Origin: a virus | Lineage: Duplodnaviria > Caudoviricetes | Reading direction: 5' to 3' (one strand) | Virus record (IMG/VR): IMGVR_UViG_3300022660_000043 | DNA: 64,000 bases | Part shown: piece by piece, positions 19,967 to 29,322 of the stretch | How the letters are laid out: each line of letters opens with the position of its first letter | Position numbering within the stretch: the stretch's first letter is position 1 | Position numbers and translations under genes: made by a program | Notes under the pieces: model-generated | What the model was told of the DNA's origin: nothing | Databases searched by the model: none | What the model saw: the letters and a program-made list of their open reading frames with translations, nothing else

Positions 19967-22042
19967 TTATAAAACTATGATACCGTCAGAGATATCACGA
20001 TAATATTCATATTCCTCACGTTCTTGCTGTGAACGTAAATTATCTGCTGCCCAAATTTCTTGTTGAGTTTCAAAATATAATCTTGAAAGCTCATTTTCGA
20101 AAGCAGCGATCATTTGTGACTTAAGTGCAGTTTCGGATTGTAATAAGCTTACGTCAAGCCCTGCTTCAAGGTTTTCACCGTAGCTATAAGCAAACTCTTC
20201 TGCAAATTTACTTGCTAAGTAAAGCGCTCCACAAAAAGCGTCGGCTTGGTCTTTTGAGTTAATACCATCAGCAGTATGATCAATCTTACCATTAGACAGT
20301 CTTTCAAGACCAACAAGCTCGTCTGTGAGCAGATCACATTTTTTATAAATCTCTACTCTTCTTTCATAAATAGCTGTTTTTAGATAGTGATAAGGTAAAC
20401 ATGTTCTGCTTGTCTGATCAACACGGTCTACAGAAATTAGCTCTGTTCTAAAACCATCACTCTTAAGATCTTGCTGAATCTGGGCAGATTGGAATGTATC
20501 GCTTGATACTCCTTTTATTGCAAAGCCTCTATCACGCAGCCATCTAATAAAGTTTCTATTCTTTTCAAAACTTACTTGGTAGCCCTTCGGCGCTTTAACT
20601 GATACAGAGAAGGCAAGTTTATACTGCAACTCTCTTGAAGCGTCTGCATTTTCACCAACTTGTGTAGGACGTTTGCCTGTAATCCAAACACCAGAAATAC
20701 CAGTTTTGTCTCCAGAAATAGACATATCAAGATGGATAAATAGTGGTCTTGTTAAATCCATTGGATTTACCACACTTAAATCGAAGAAGTTAGCATATTG
20801 CAATTTATCATCTGGGCTATTACCAACTTCAATAATATCTTTCATGAATGGATTTCTATAAGTATCCACTTTGGCTTGGTTAAGTCGGACACCAGAAATA
20901 TATTTAGTGTTGCTGGAGGTGGAAATACCTGCAATGTCCATAAGTGCTTGGTCAAGGTTAGTCTCAAAATCTTCTCTATATCCAGGTGGAATTTTAATTA
21001 GAGAATAACCTTTTTCTCTGTATTTATCTACCTGATCTTCAGGTAAGTTTGCAGGGAGTAGTTCATGTGCTAAGAACTTATTACCTACAGCTACATAAAA
21101 AGCGCCAACGTCTTCAGGTGATCCTTTTCTAGGGTCAACTACCCATTGAGCCTCATCAATAATTAAAGTAGTTTTACTTTCGTTTTGTCGTTTAATATTT
21201 ATGTACGAATCGAGGAACGCTTGCTCGGTATCTTTGGACGAAATAATAATATTAAGTGTTGGTAGATAGGTACCGCGTAAAAAACGAGAACGCATACGTG
21301 CATCGATCTGTGCGATAAGTTTCTTTTGTTTAGCTTTTTTCTTTTCTACATCGTTTCCAATACCGAAGTTAACTTCATCTGTTAGATTGCAGAACAAAGC
21401 ACGACCAACGACGTGTCTATTTTGTGAACCAAAAATAAGCTCTATGTGTTTTCCAGGCTGCCAAACAGGATTAGACCTACTCGCATTTACGGCGCCATGA
21501 TCCATAAACCAGGAAGAGCTCTGAATAAGCTGTTGTGCCTTGTCCCAAGCAACGCCTTGTGCTGCATCCAATGTGATATTAAGCATTGAGAACGTAATTT
21601 TATCAATAGGCTGCATCCCAAAGTACGCATAAGGGTCTTTTAAACAAAGCATTCTATATAAAAGGTAAAGCTGTGCAATAACTGCTGCAAAAGATTTACC
21701 AATACCAATAGCACCCGTTAAAATTAAGGTATTATAAGCGGTAGTAAGGTTATCTGGGAAAAGTTTTTTTAAAGTTTCACGCCAGTATGGGAAGATAGTG
21801 CAACGTCTAGAACCGGACATTTGATCTACTTCCCATAGGCCTTTACCTAAATATCTATCATCATCAAGAAAGGTATCTATATCAACAGGGACTTCCTCAA
21901 AGTCACCAAACTGGAGCTGCTCTAATAGCTCAGATTGACCTTCTTGTGATATTTGTTTTAATATTTCAAGTGCTAGTTGGCGCTCTTCTTCATTCAAGCT
22001 ATTTAAGACATCAAGATCTATTGGATTTTCATTAGAAATCAT
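19967..22042 (-). CDS. terL: Terminase large subunit
   Basis: Walker A GAIGIGKS, Walker B LTDEVN, RNase H-like HLDMS..GD and KDQADA; adjacent to the portal gene. Confidence 0.9.
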   Translation of the reverse strand: MISNENPIDLDVLNSLNEEERQLALEILKQISQEGQSELLEQLQFGDFEEVPVDIDTFLDDDRYLGKGLWEVDQMSGSRRCTIFPYWRETLKKLFPDNLTTAYNTLILTGAIGIGKSFAAVIAQLYLLYRMLCLKDPYAYFGMQPIDKITFSMLNITLDAAQGVAWDKAQQLIQSSSWFMDHGAVNASRSNPVWQPGKHIELIFGSQNRHVVGRALFCNLTDEVNFGIGNDVEKKKAKQKKLIAQIDARMRSRFLRGTYLPTLNIIISSKDTEQAFLDSYINIKRQNESKTTLIIDEAQWVVDPRKGSPEDVGAFYVAVGNKFLAHELLPANLPEDQVDKYREKGYSLIKIPPGYREDFETNLDQALMDIAGISTSSNTKYISGVRLNQAKVDTYRNPFMKDIIEVGNSPDDKLQYANFFDLSVVNPMDLTRPLFIHLDMSISGDKTGISGVWITGKRPTQVGENADASRELQYKLAFSVSVKAPKGYQVSFEKNRNFIRWLRDRGFAIKGVSSDTFQSAQIQQDLKSDGFRTELISVDRVDQTSRTCLPYHYLKTAIYERRVEIYKKCDLLTDELVGLERLSNGKIDHTADGINSKDQADAFCGALYLASKFAEEFAYSYGENLEAGLDVSLLQSETALKSQMIAAFENELSRLYFETQQEIWAADNLRSQQEREEYEYYRDISDGIIVL

Positions 22043-22078
22043 CTACTTGAGAGCACCTCCTTCTGATGCCTATATTTT

Positions 22079-22088
22079 ATTATACGAT
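22079..22088 (-). promoter_or_regulatory. Putative early/middle promoter ATCGTATAAT
   Basis: Member of the recurring ATYGTATWAT motif, upstream of terL. Confidence 0.55.
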
Positions 22089-22101
22089 ATTTTGTATTAA
22101 T

Positions 22102-23448
22102 TTACTTTTTTGCATCTTCTTCGTCGGAATTGTCGGTCTGCTTCTTAGCCTTTTCATCAGTTGCTTTATCTTCAGCCTCAGGCTTTTTATCAGAATTATC
22201 AGAAGCTTGCTGTGGCTCAGTTTTTTTAGCTTCTGGGGCTTGTTCCTTAGTCTCAGGCTTCGTAGCCTTCTGTTTACCTCCAGTGCCCGTAACGGGGTTT
22301 TTATTGGTACCAGGCTTATATTTACCTCTATTACGACCGTAATCATTGATAGCATCAATAATAGATTCAGACGTAGCAAGCTCTGTATCTTCTGGTAAGA
22401 GATTGTTTTCTTCAGCTTCGTCAAATGTCACTCCATAGAGCTTAGGAAAAATAAGCTTCAAAAACGCAGGTCTAAGCTTCTCTTCCGCATAGTGTACATA
22501 GTTATTTATAACACTAGCTACTTTAATTACCCAGTCACCATTTGCTAAACATAGAAGTACATGCTTACAACCTCTACCAAGCTGATCATTCGGGTTTCTA
22601 ATACCTTTTCCAGGTCCTGGGTCTTTAGATGTGTCATCTACTGACACCCTATTTATGATATTCCAATGAGCAAAACGATATTTATAGTCTGGACAGGAGC
22701 ATTTTACAAAAATATTAGCAGTATTAAAGACTTTGGTCAATGACTGCACGATAGTTTTGAATTCCAGAGTATTTTTATTGTTCTTAATGTTGCGTGCTAT
22801 CTCTTTTACTACACCATCCATACGAATACTAACAGTATAATTGTCAGTTTCACCAGTAACTGGGATAGAAACCTCCAAAATATCCTCTTTAAAAAGTTTA
22901 TTCATGTCAATTTTATTATACTGCTTTACTGTTTTTGCGATTTGAGAGTGTTTTTTACGCTCAAAGCGATTTTTTCCGCGCATTTGATTTTTATATGGTC
23001 CAACAGATCTAGATTTTGATACTAAAAGTGTTCTGGAGTCTTCATGGAGAGCTTCATTTAAGATTTTATACTCCCATTGAGGCACCATAACCATATCTCT
23101 ACCTAATTCGTACAGCTTTTCTCCGGATTTTCCAGTAATTTCAATATCATACAGATAATCTGGTTCAACTGCAAATTGTACCCAAACCTCATCTGTAATA
23201 TGTTGGTCTTGAACTTCACTGCTGGTTGGGATATAATAATTATCTGTTTCAATACTATATACTTTAAAACGCTGTCCCGTAATATCTTTATTTTCGTTTA
23301 TGCCAATAAGACAACCTTGAATAGTTGTACTAAAACAAATACGTGGAACTGTCTGGTCTTCATAATCACTTACCGGTACTCTTGGTACTAAAAGCTCTAA
23401 TTCAGATTGGCTTAGGTGATAAAGCGTCTTTAAGGCAGGCATAGGCAT
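22102..23448 (-). CDS. Two-domain protein: ADP-ribosyltransferase-like N-terminus + SWIM Zn-finger domain
   Basis: LYHLS...PRICFST...DEVW (ART-like strand pattern, tentative); CSCPD...CKH (SWIM); domains joined by ILNEALHED. Confidence 0.55.
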   Translation of the reverse strand: MPMPALKTLYHLSQSELELLVPRVPVSDYEDQTVPRICFSTTIQGCLIGINENKDITGQRFKVYSIETDNYYIPTSSEVQDQHITDEVWVQFAVEPDYLYDIEITGKSGEKLYELGRDMVMVPQWEYKILNEALHEDSRTLLVSKSRSVGPYKNQMRGKNRFERKKHSQIAKTVKQYNKIDMNKLFKEDILEVSIPVTGETDNYTVSIRMDGVVKEIARNIKNNKNTLEFKTIVQSLTKVFNTANIFVKCSCPDYKYRFAHWNIINRVSVDDTSKDPGPGKGIRNPNDQLGRGCKHVLLCLANGDWVIKVASVINNYVHYAEEKLRPAFLKLIFPKLYGVTFDEAEENNLLPEDTELATSESIIDAINDYGRNRGKYKPGTNKNPVTGTGGKQKATKPETKEQAPEAKKTEPQQASDNSDKKPEAEDKATDEKAKKQTDNSDEEDAKK

Positions 23449-23479
23449 ATCCTTTCAATTAAAATTTTAATTCATCGTA

Positions 23480-23488
23480 TAATTTAGC
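23480..23488 (-). promoter_or_regulatory. Putative late promoter GCTAAATTA
   Basis: Motif copy upstream of the ART/SWIM gene. Confidence 0.65.
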
Positions 23489-23520
23489 ACATTATAATGC
23501 TATTTATACATTATAAAAGG

Positions 23521-23547
23521 AAAAGAGCGCCAAAATAGCGCTCTTTT
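23521..23547 (-). terminator. Rho-independent terminator
   Basis: AAAAGAGCGC/GCGCTCTTTT stem. Confidence 0.75.
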
Positions 23548-23549
23548 AT

Positions 23550-25334
23550 TTAAATACCCGCAAAATTTAATAGCTCAATAAAATCTTTGTCTTCTTGAGT
23601 AGTTAGTGACTCTCCAAGTAATACTGGGATAGGCTGTCTGTCATATTTATTTTGAATAACCTGTACTGGGAATTTAGTATTCCAGCCGTACTTTAGTCCA
23701 AGAAGATACATACGATGTCGGCCTTCCTGGCCATAAAGCTCACTACTTCTATCAAAACAGATATAGGGCATTGGAAATTGTTTATTATATACATCTAATA
23801 CTTGTTCAAGATGCTTAAGTTTAATTTGATCAGCTGCCATCCAAGACTTTATTTGGTCTGCGCTAACTCCTTGAATTTTAGCACAGAGCTTAAAATACTG
23901 ATCAGCTGTCATTGGAACAATATCATACACTAATTCCGGGTAATTAGTATTACCAGCTAATAGGTCTTTTGCTCCAAAATTACTTCCAACGGTAGTATCT
24001 ATTTTATCTGTATCAGTTAGCTCCTTAGTACCATAATCCCAGAACTTTTGGTCATTATCTAAGTAAGCTTCAGAAAGATCCGTTAACGATAGACGAGCTG
24101 CTACCACTTTGGCTCTAAGCTCTTTTAGTTTATCAAGATAGCCTTTATTACGCATCTCTTTGAAGACTAAATTTTCTGTAGAATATTCTCCGTCACCTTG
24201 TAAACCTTTTGCCCTAAGTTCATAAAGATCCTCAACAAATTCATCAATTGGAGTTTCATCTATGCTACCCGGGCCCTCTAAAGTTTTTAAGAGTTCTTTG
24301 TAGCGTTTTTCCCAAGGTTTTAAAATATCATTGATTTCTGCTATATCAATATCTGGAATAGCTTTATTTTCTGGTTCCTTAATCCAGGTATCATTTAAAA
24401 CAGAATATATGCCATTACTCACTACTGGAGTATCATCGCTTTCAATATATACTTCTACAGGGACACCATAGAAACTAATATCATACTTCTTATTAAACGC
24501 ACTTTTATAAGCATTAAATAGAGCAGGATATAAACCATCTGGATCTTCTATTCCTGACATATCAGCAACAAGATGAATATCTGCATCACTATCTTTTGTA
24601 TAGTTATAACTTGCATTTGAACCAGTTAAAACAATGTCTTTTAGCTTAAACTTAATGTCAGCCTCTTCCATTGCATTAATTAACTCTTCAGCTACTTCAA
24701 TAGCTTTTTCTCTAACATCTTTTTTTAGCTTTGTACCATCAAAAAGCTTAGGATTAAGCTCATCATGCTTCTCTATGTCTTCGTCTACATCAAGTCCTTC
24801 AGTTATTCTAGTATGCTGTACTATTTTGTAAAGTTCAACAAGTCGGTCTAAAATATCTGGCATATTTTGGACAAGATCTAAAAATTGAGGGACCATTGCT
24901 TCTAAAGTAGTAATATTCTTAAGTCCTTTTTTAAGCTGCGCCGCAACAACATCTTTACTAAAAGTTAAAGCCTCTACATAGGCAATAAGTAATCCAAAAG
25001 AAGGTGGAAAATAATCAAAGCAATCTAAAACAAGATTTCCCACGGTAGCTGGTGTAGTTTGCCAAACTTTCTGTGCAAATGGAACACCAAACATGCTTGG
25101 GCCTAGCTGAGTGAATAATTCATGTGGAATAATAAAAACTTCCTTGCCCATGATCTCAAATTCTTTTTCCATTTTAGCTCGCACATTTTTAAAGCCAAGA
25201 CTACACGCGCAAAGATAGTAATTACAAAAGGTATCAAAATTTAAGCTATCAAAATCATATTTTGACAAGTCTTGATCGACACCTTTGATGAGATCAATAG
25301 TTCTAGGATGCCATTTCATTTGTCTAATATCCAT
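23550..25334 (-). CDS. Multidomain protein: unknown domain + Pol-beta nucleotidyltransferase + ParB-like domain
   Basis: LTGSNASYNY..DSDADIH and PVEVY (GS, DxD, third acid); MPYI...QEGRHR (ParB/Srx-like). Confidence 0.7.
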   Translation of the reverse strand: MDIRQMKWHPRTIDLIKGVDQDLSKYDFDSLNFDTFCNYYLCACSLGFKNVRAKMEKEFEIMGKEVFIIPHELFTQLGPSMFGVPFAQKVWQTTPATVGNLVLDCFDYFPPSFGLLIAYVEALTFSKDVVAAQLKKGLKNITTLEAMVPQFLDLVQNMPDILDRLVELYKIVQHTRITEGLDVDEDIEKHDELNPKLFDGTKLKKDVREKAIEVAEELINAMEEADIKFKLKDIVLTGSNASYNYTKDSDADIHLVADMSGIEDPDGLYPALFNAYKSAFNKKYDISFYGVPVEVYIESDDTPVVSNGIYSVLNDTWIKEPENKAIPDIDIAEINDILKPWEKRYKELLKTLEGPGSIDETPIDEFVEDLYELRAKGLQGDGEYSTENLVFKEMRNKGYLDKLKELRAKVVAARLSLTDLSEAYLDNDQKFWDYGTKELTDTDKIDTTVGSNFGAKDLLAGNTNYPELVYDIVPMTADQYFKLCAKIQGVSADQIKSWMAADQIKLKHLEQVLDVYNKQFPMPYICFDRSSELYGQEGRHRMYLLGLKYGWNTKFPVQVIQNKYDRQPIPVLLGESLTTQEDKDFIELLNFAGI

Positions 25335-25344
25335 AACATCCTCC

Positions 25345-25878
25345 TTATAGTTTTTTAGTAATATCTGATATTATATCTGCGGTGCCAGAACCATTAATGA
25401 TATCATTAAGCATTTGTGGAATTTTAGCATAGTAAAGCTGTTTGTTAAAGTATTGTTTAATTTGCTGTACGAATTTAGGTAAATCAAGTACAATTGCCCA
25501 AACCAAATAAACCAGTAGTGTTTCAGCTGATGTTAAATTTGGAAAAGGATGAAGATATAAATTCGTAACTACGGGAGCAACATCTAAATCTGTCTTATGT
25601 TTAAGTAATAATTGAGCTTCATAGGGAGTAAATTGTGTTGAATCAATTTTATCAATATCTGGCCAGATATATAAATCTAAACCACCTCTATTGAGCATTT
25701 CAGCTTTAATTTGTTGCTCAGCATTTTTAAATCCGTTACTTATACAAATGTTATAATAAGTAACTAGCTTAATAGAACTGCATGCTTTTAAATTTTCTCG
25801 TCTTTGACCTTGGTTGAAAAGACGCATTTTATCATAGCCGCTAAGTGACGACGCTTCATAAAGTTTTATAGTTTTCAT
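25345..25878 (-). CDS. Hypothetical protein, probable internal head protein
   Basis: N-terminal MKTIKLYEA leader. Confidence 0.55.
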   Translation of the reverse strand: MKTIKLYEASSLSGYDKMRLFNQGQRRENLKACSSIKLVTYYNICISNGFKNAEQQIKAEMLNRGGLDLYIWPDIDKIDSTQFTPYEAQLLLKHKTDLDVAPVVTNLYLHPFPNLTSAETLLVYLVWAIVLDLPKFVQQIKQYFNKQLYYAKIPQMLNDIINGSGTADIISDITKKL

Positions 25879-26966
25879 TAAAACTTACCTGCCTCTAACC
25901 TTGCTGGAATTACAAATTTGGCATTGCATGCGTCACAACAAACACCAGTTTCAGACACAGGAGCCGGATCATTACCGTATCCCTCAATTTCTTCTCCGCA
26001 GATTACACAAATTTTTTCTACTGCTTCGGTAAGTTTTTCGGTAAGACGATCATCATAGGCATTATCAAATTTTTCATCGGATGCAGTATCTGGGTTAAAT
26101 CTCGGACGATCTTCTTCATGTTTTACGTTAAGATCATAGTCCATGACTTTAACATGGTTTTTATCATATAAGATACCATCATCATAATAATAAATAATAT
26201 CACTTGGTTGTAAGAGGTGCACATCATCATGATCTGCAAGTGATTTCAAGGAGTATACAGAGCAATTTGCTTCGCCTACTTCTTGTACAAGTGCTTTAAG
26301 AATATCAGATTTTTTAGAACAGAAAATATTTTGAGGTCTAATATAATAACGCTTAATATATCTTTTAGGCTTTGGCTCTCTATCTTCGTCCTTGTCCTCA
26401 TGCAAGCTTTCAATACAGCTGCTGCTAGCCTCACTGCTACAGGCTGTATCTGCGCCTGCACTATTACTTCCAAGGTCTGAGGTTCCCATACGATCATTAA
26501 AGCATTTATCATCAAACTCTGGGTAACCAGTGGTAAAGGTAAGGTAAGTACCATCATCACCAAAGCGACTCTTGCGACGCTTTCTTTTATGTTTCTTTTC
26601 TGTAAGAGGTTCTTTAGTCCAGCTTTCTAGAAATTCACAGTCGGCTCTATTAAGCATATTATTAATTGCCTCGATAGCTTCTTCTGTAGATCCTTTGTGC
26701 TCACTATCAGCACAAGTCATTTGTGAGCATACCTGAGGAGTATTAGGCACTTTAATCAAATGAATTCTTACTTGACCGTCTACTTCTGCTTCTTTAAACT
26801 GATTTACAAAGCTAGCATAATCTGGTTGTATAGTTTCAGGCGATGTATCGCATTTATAAATGTAACTGCAAGTAGGAAGGCTTTGTTCTATTACTAAGGC
26901 AAAGAGATCTGATGTATCATCAAACTCTTCTAACTCCCAGTTTTCATTAACAAAATATTTTTTCAT
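25878..26966 (-). CDS. Multi-segment protein with C-terminal Zn finger, probable internal head protein
   Basis: CVICG..IEGYGNDP.P....CCDACN; multiple L/F-x-E motifs. Confidence 0.6.
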   Translation of the reverse strand: MKKYFVNENWELEEFDDTSDLFALVIEQSLPTCSYIYKCDTSPETIQPDYASFVNQFKEAEVDGQVRIHLIKVPNTPQVCSQMTCADSEHKGSTEEAIEAINNMLNRADCEFLESWTKEPLTEKKHKRKRRKSRFGDDGTYLTFTTGYPEFDDKCFNDRMGTSDLGSNSAGADTACSSEASSSCIESLHEDKDEDREPKPKRYIKRYYIRPQNIFCSKKSDILKALVQEVGEANCSVYSLKSLADHDDVHLLQPSDIIYYYDDGILYDKNHVKVMDYDLNVKHEEDRPRFNPDTASDEKFDNAYDDRLTEKLTEAVEKICVICGEEIEGYGNDPAPVSETGVCCDACNAKFVIPARLEAGKF

Positions 26967-26992
26967 TATTTTGCCCCTTTCTTGTGGATGAA

Positions 26993-27043
26993 GATGCCCA
27001 AGGACGCGCGGTGAAAGGATAAGCCCACACGCCCCCGAACATC
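26993..27043 (-). promoter_or_regulatory. Structured 5' leader RNA (19-bp G-U-rich hairpin, possible pseudoknot with RBS)
   Basis: 19 contiguous pairs including 7 G-U, possible only on the minus strand; loop UCCUUUC is complementary to the downstream GAAAGGG RBS. Confidence 0.6.
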
Positions 27044-27046
27044 ATA

Positions 27047-27055
27047 TAATTTAGC
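27047..27055 (-). promoter_or_regulatory. Putative late promoter GCTAAATTA
   Basis: Motif copy just after a terminator. Confidence 0.65.
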
Positions 27056-27064
27056 AAATATAAA

Positions 27065-27096
27065 AAGCGGAGTAGCCATTTAAGCTTACTCCGCTT
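27065..27096 (-). terminator. Rho-independent terminator
   Basis: AAGCGGAGTA/TACTCCGCTT stem with a T tail on the minus strand. Confidence 0.75.
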
Positions 27097-27107
27097 GAAT
27101 TTTTTAA

Positions 27108-27671
27108 TTAGCCATTTAGGCGTCTTGTTTTAGGTGCGCCCTCATCATCATAAAGCTCAGCATCTGTAACAGGTGCTTGAGTCATATCAGGCTCATCAAA
27201 GTCTACAAAAAAATCAAAGTCATCATCAATGATGGGTGCTGGAGCAGGTGTACGAGACACAGGCGCTTTCATAGGCTCTACATCAAACTCTGCTTCAGGA
27301 AGAGCAGGTGCAGGCGCAGGTTCTTCTGCAGCTTCATCTTCTTCATCCTTATCATCATCTTTAGACTCGGACTCAGACTTGTCATCCTCTGTATCTTCTG
27401 CTTCATCATCATCTTCTGGCTTTTCTGTAGAAATGTCAGCCTTATCATTAAGATAAAACTCAAGCTGACCAATAAATACTAGATACGCGTCCATAAGGTC
27501 TTGCATTAGTTCTTCAACTTTTTCAGTGCCTGCGTAAGTTTCTCGAATAGCAGCAGCGGCTTCTTTTAGATAGCCTACCTCGTCCCAGCCCTTACTCATC
27601 ATATCTGTAATAAAAGATACAGGAAGTTCTTCCATAGTAGGCTTATCATTATCTTCTCTTAAAATTCGCAT
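27108..27671 (-). CDS. Acidic hypothetical protein, probable internal head protein
   Basis: MRILRED leader; acidic/Pro-rich C-terminal half. Confidence 0.55.
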   Translation of the reverse strand: MRILREDNDKPTMEELPVSFITDMMSKGWDEVGYLKEAAAAIRETYAGTEKVEELMQDLMDAYLVFIGQLEFYLNDKADISTEKPEDDDEAEDTEDDKSESESKDDDKDEEDEAAEEPAPAPALPEAEFDVEPMKAPVSRTPAPAPIIDDDFDFFVDFDEPDMTQAPVTDAELYDDEGAPKTRRLNG

Positions 27672-27685
27672 AGTATATCCTTTCC

Positions 27686-28567
27686 TCAGATTAAATTATA
27701 TTCAATAGTGCCTAAACGGCCTTTAAGTTCTTTAGGTAAATTAGATGCACGAATACCATTTTTCCATAGATACCATACACAGCCATCCACAAGAACTTTC
27801 TTGGAATGATCACCCCAAGTATCCATATCGCTGTCTGTAAGAATCATTACATTAGTACAGCCACTCGCAAGAATTTGATTTACAATATGAGGCCAAGCAC
27901 CGGTTCCACCACCTTTGCTTCTTGCACCTTCTGGAGTTGTTGCAATATCATCTGTAAAGTAGAAAATATTAAGTTCTAACTTACCATCATCAACAAATTC
28001 AGAAAGGTCTTCGACAACTGCACGACCTCTTATTAAATCGCTTTCACTCCAAGAGCCTGAATAATCTAAAAATACTTCAATCTTAGGTACTGTAGGTCTA
28101 GTTACATCTGTAGTTCTTTTGCCTCGTACTACCATATCGGGGTCATCTTCATAGCGTCTATTAAGCACTAGCCAAGTTTCTTCTTCCTCTTCATAAGCTC
28201 TAACTTGTTCAGAAATTGTTTCAAAAATATCATCTCTAAGCTTATTCTGGTTGTTATTGGCCATGCGTTTCTTATAACGCTCAGCTTCTCTTTGTTTAGC
28301 ACGAAGAGCTTTTCTTTCATCTCTTTCTGGCTTTAAATAAACTTCATCTTCATCAAAGAGTTCTTTATTCTTTGTAGCATCGCTGGCATCTGCTTTAATT
28401 TTTGCAATTCGAGCCGGCAGATCCGTAGAATAGTCAACAGGCTTAACTGTACTTACTAGATCAAGAATGTCATCAATCATACTATCATATTCTTCTTGTG
28501 ACATTTCACCTAGAGTTTTAGCTTCAAGTAATTTTTTAGCTTCAGTAAGAGAAATTCTTTTAATCAT
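27686..28567 (-). CDS. vWA domain protein (DUF2201 C-terminal type)
   Basis: MIDAS VFLDYSGS, GGGT and ILTD; start at MIKRISLTEA overlaps the upstream stop codon. Confidence 0.8.
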   Translation of the reverse strand: MIKRISLTEAKKLLEAKTLGEMSQEEYDSMIDDILDLVSTVKPVDYSTDLPARIAKIKADASDATKNKELFDEDEVYLKPERDERKALRAKQREAERYKKRMANNNQNKLRDDIFETISEQVRAYEEEEETWLVLNRRYEDDPDMVVRGKRTTDVTRPTVPKIEVFLDYSGSWSESDLIRGRAVVEDLSEFVDDGKLELNIFYFTDDIATTPEGARSKGGGTGAWPHIVNQILASGCTNVMILTDSDMDTWGDHSKKVLVDGCVWYLWKNGIRASNLPKELKGRLGTIEYNLI

Positions 28568-29321
28568 CGATATCCCCCGTTCCGCCAAGCTCATCGAATA
28601 GTTTTCTTAGAGCTCTATCTGCGCCTGTTTTTGCGTTACCGCCTAGCCCCTTAAGTCTTTTAATAACTGCGGCTAAAATTTCTTCTGGGGTAGGCTGTTT
28701 ACCATTACCCATGCCGCCTTGTCTCATCCTAAACGGGTCTAATTCTTTTGAGCTTGAGCTGCTTTTGCCTTTTCCGCTGGCTTCACGGCTCTCACCTTTA
28801 TCTCCAGTATCAGCTTCACCACTACCAGCGCCACCACTACCTTTTGGACCAATAGACTTAGTGCCTGCTGCATGATTACCATTATGTTTATTTAAATCAG
28901 CGATATCTTCAGGAGTTTTTTCTTCTTGCTCATTCTCACTCTCACCTGAATTACTTTTACTAGAGCCTTGGTCTTCAGTATCACTAGCACTATTATCGTC
29001 ACTATTTACTGTGGTACCATCCACAGTTCCATTATCACTGTCGTCAGGTTCCTCTTCAGTTTGAGTGCCTTTATTGTCATCGCCGGTATCACTAACTGAA
29101 GGTGGATCTTCTTCATCCTCATAATCCGGTTGTTGAGTAGCTAATAATATTTTTTCAAGGGCATCTGCTTTAGCATTAAGCATATCTGCTACATCTTGTT
29201 TACCTGCAGCTACAGCTTCCGCAGCAGCCTCTCGAGCAAGTTTGATAGTACGATCAGCATCTACTATTCTGTCAAAGACTACGTGGTCTGATACTATATT
29301 TTTTGGAATTTCAATTGCCAT
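28560..29321 (-). CDS. Low-complexity linker-like protein of the MoxR-vWA cluster
   Basis: Helical ends flanking a D/E/S/G-rich disordered core. Confidence 0.6.
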   Translation of the reverse strand: MAIEIPKNIVSDHVVFDRIVDADRTIKLAREAAAEAVAAGKQDVADMLNAKADALEKILLATQQPDYEDEEDPPSVSDTGDDNKGTQTEEEPDDSDNGTVDGTTVNSDDNSASDTEDQGSSKSNSGESENEQEEKTPEDIADLNKHNGNHAAGTKSIGPKGSGGAGSGEADTGDKGESREASGKGKSSSSSKELDPFRMRQGGMGNGKQPTPEEILAAVIKRLKGLGGNAKTGADRALRKLFDELGGTGDIDD

Positions 29322-29322
29322 A

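Noticed and set aside
26993-27043. tRNA or terminator in the GC-rich intergenic island
   Set aside because: It is a single long hairpin without cloverleaf arms or a U-tail. No tRNA or rRNA was recognised anywhere in the window by eye; tRNAscan was not run.
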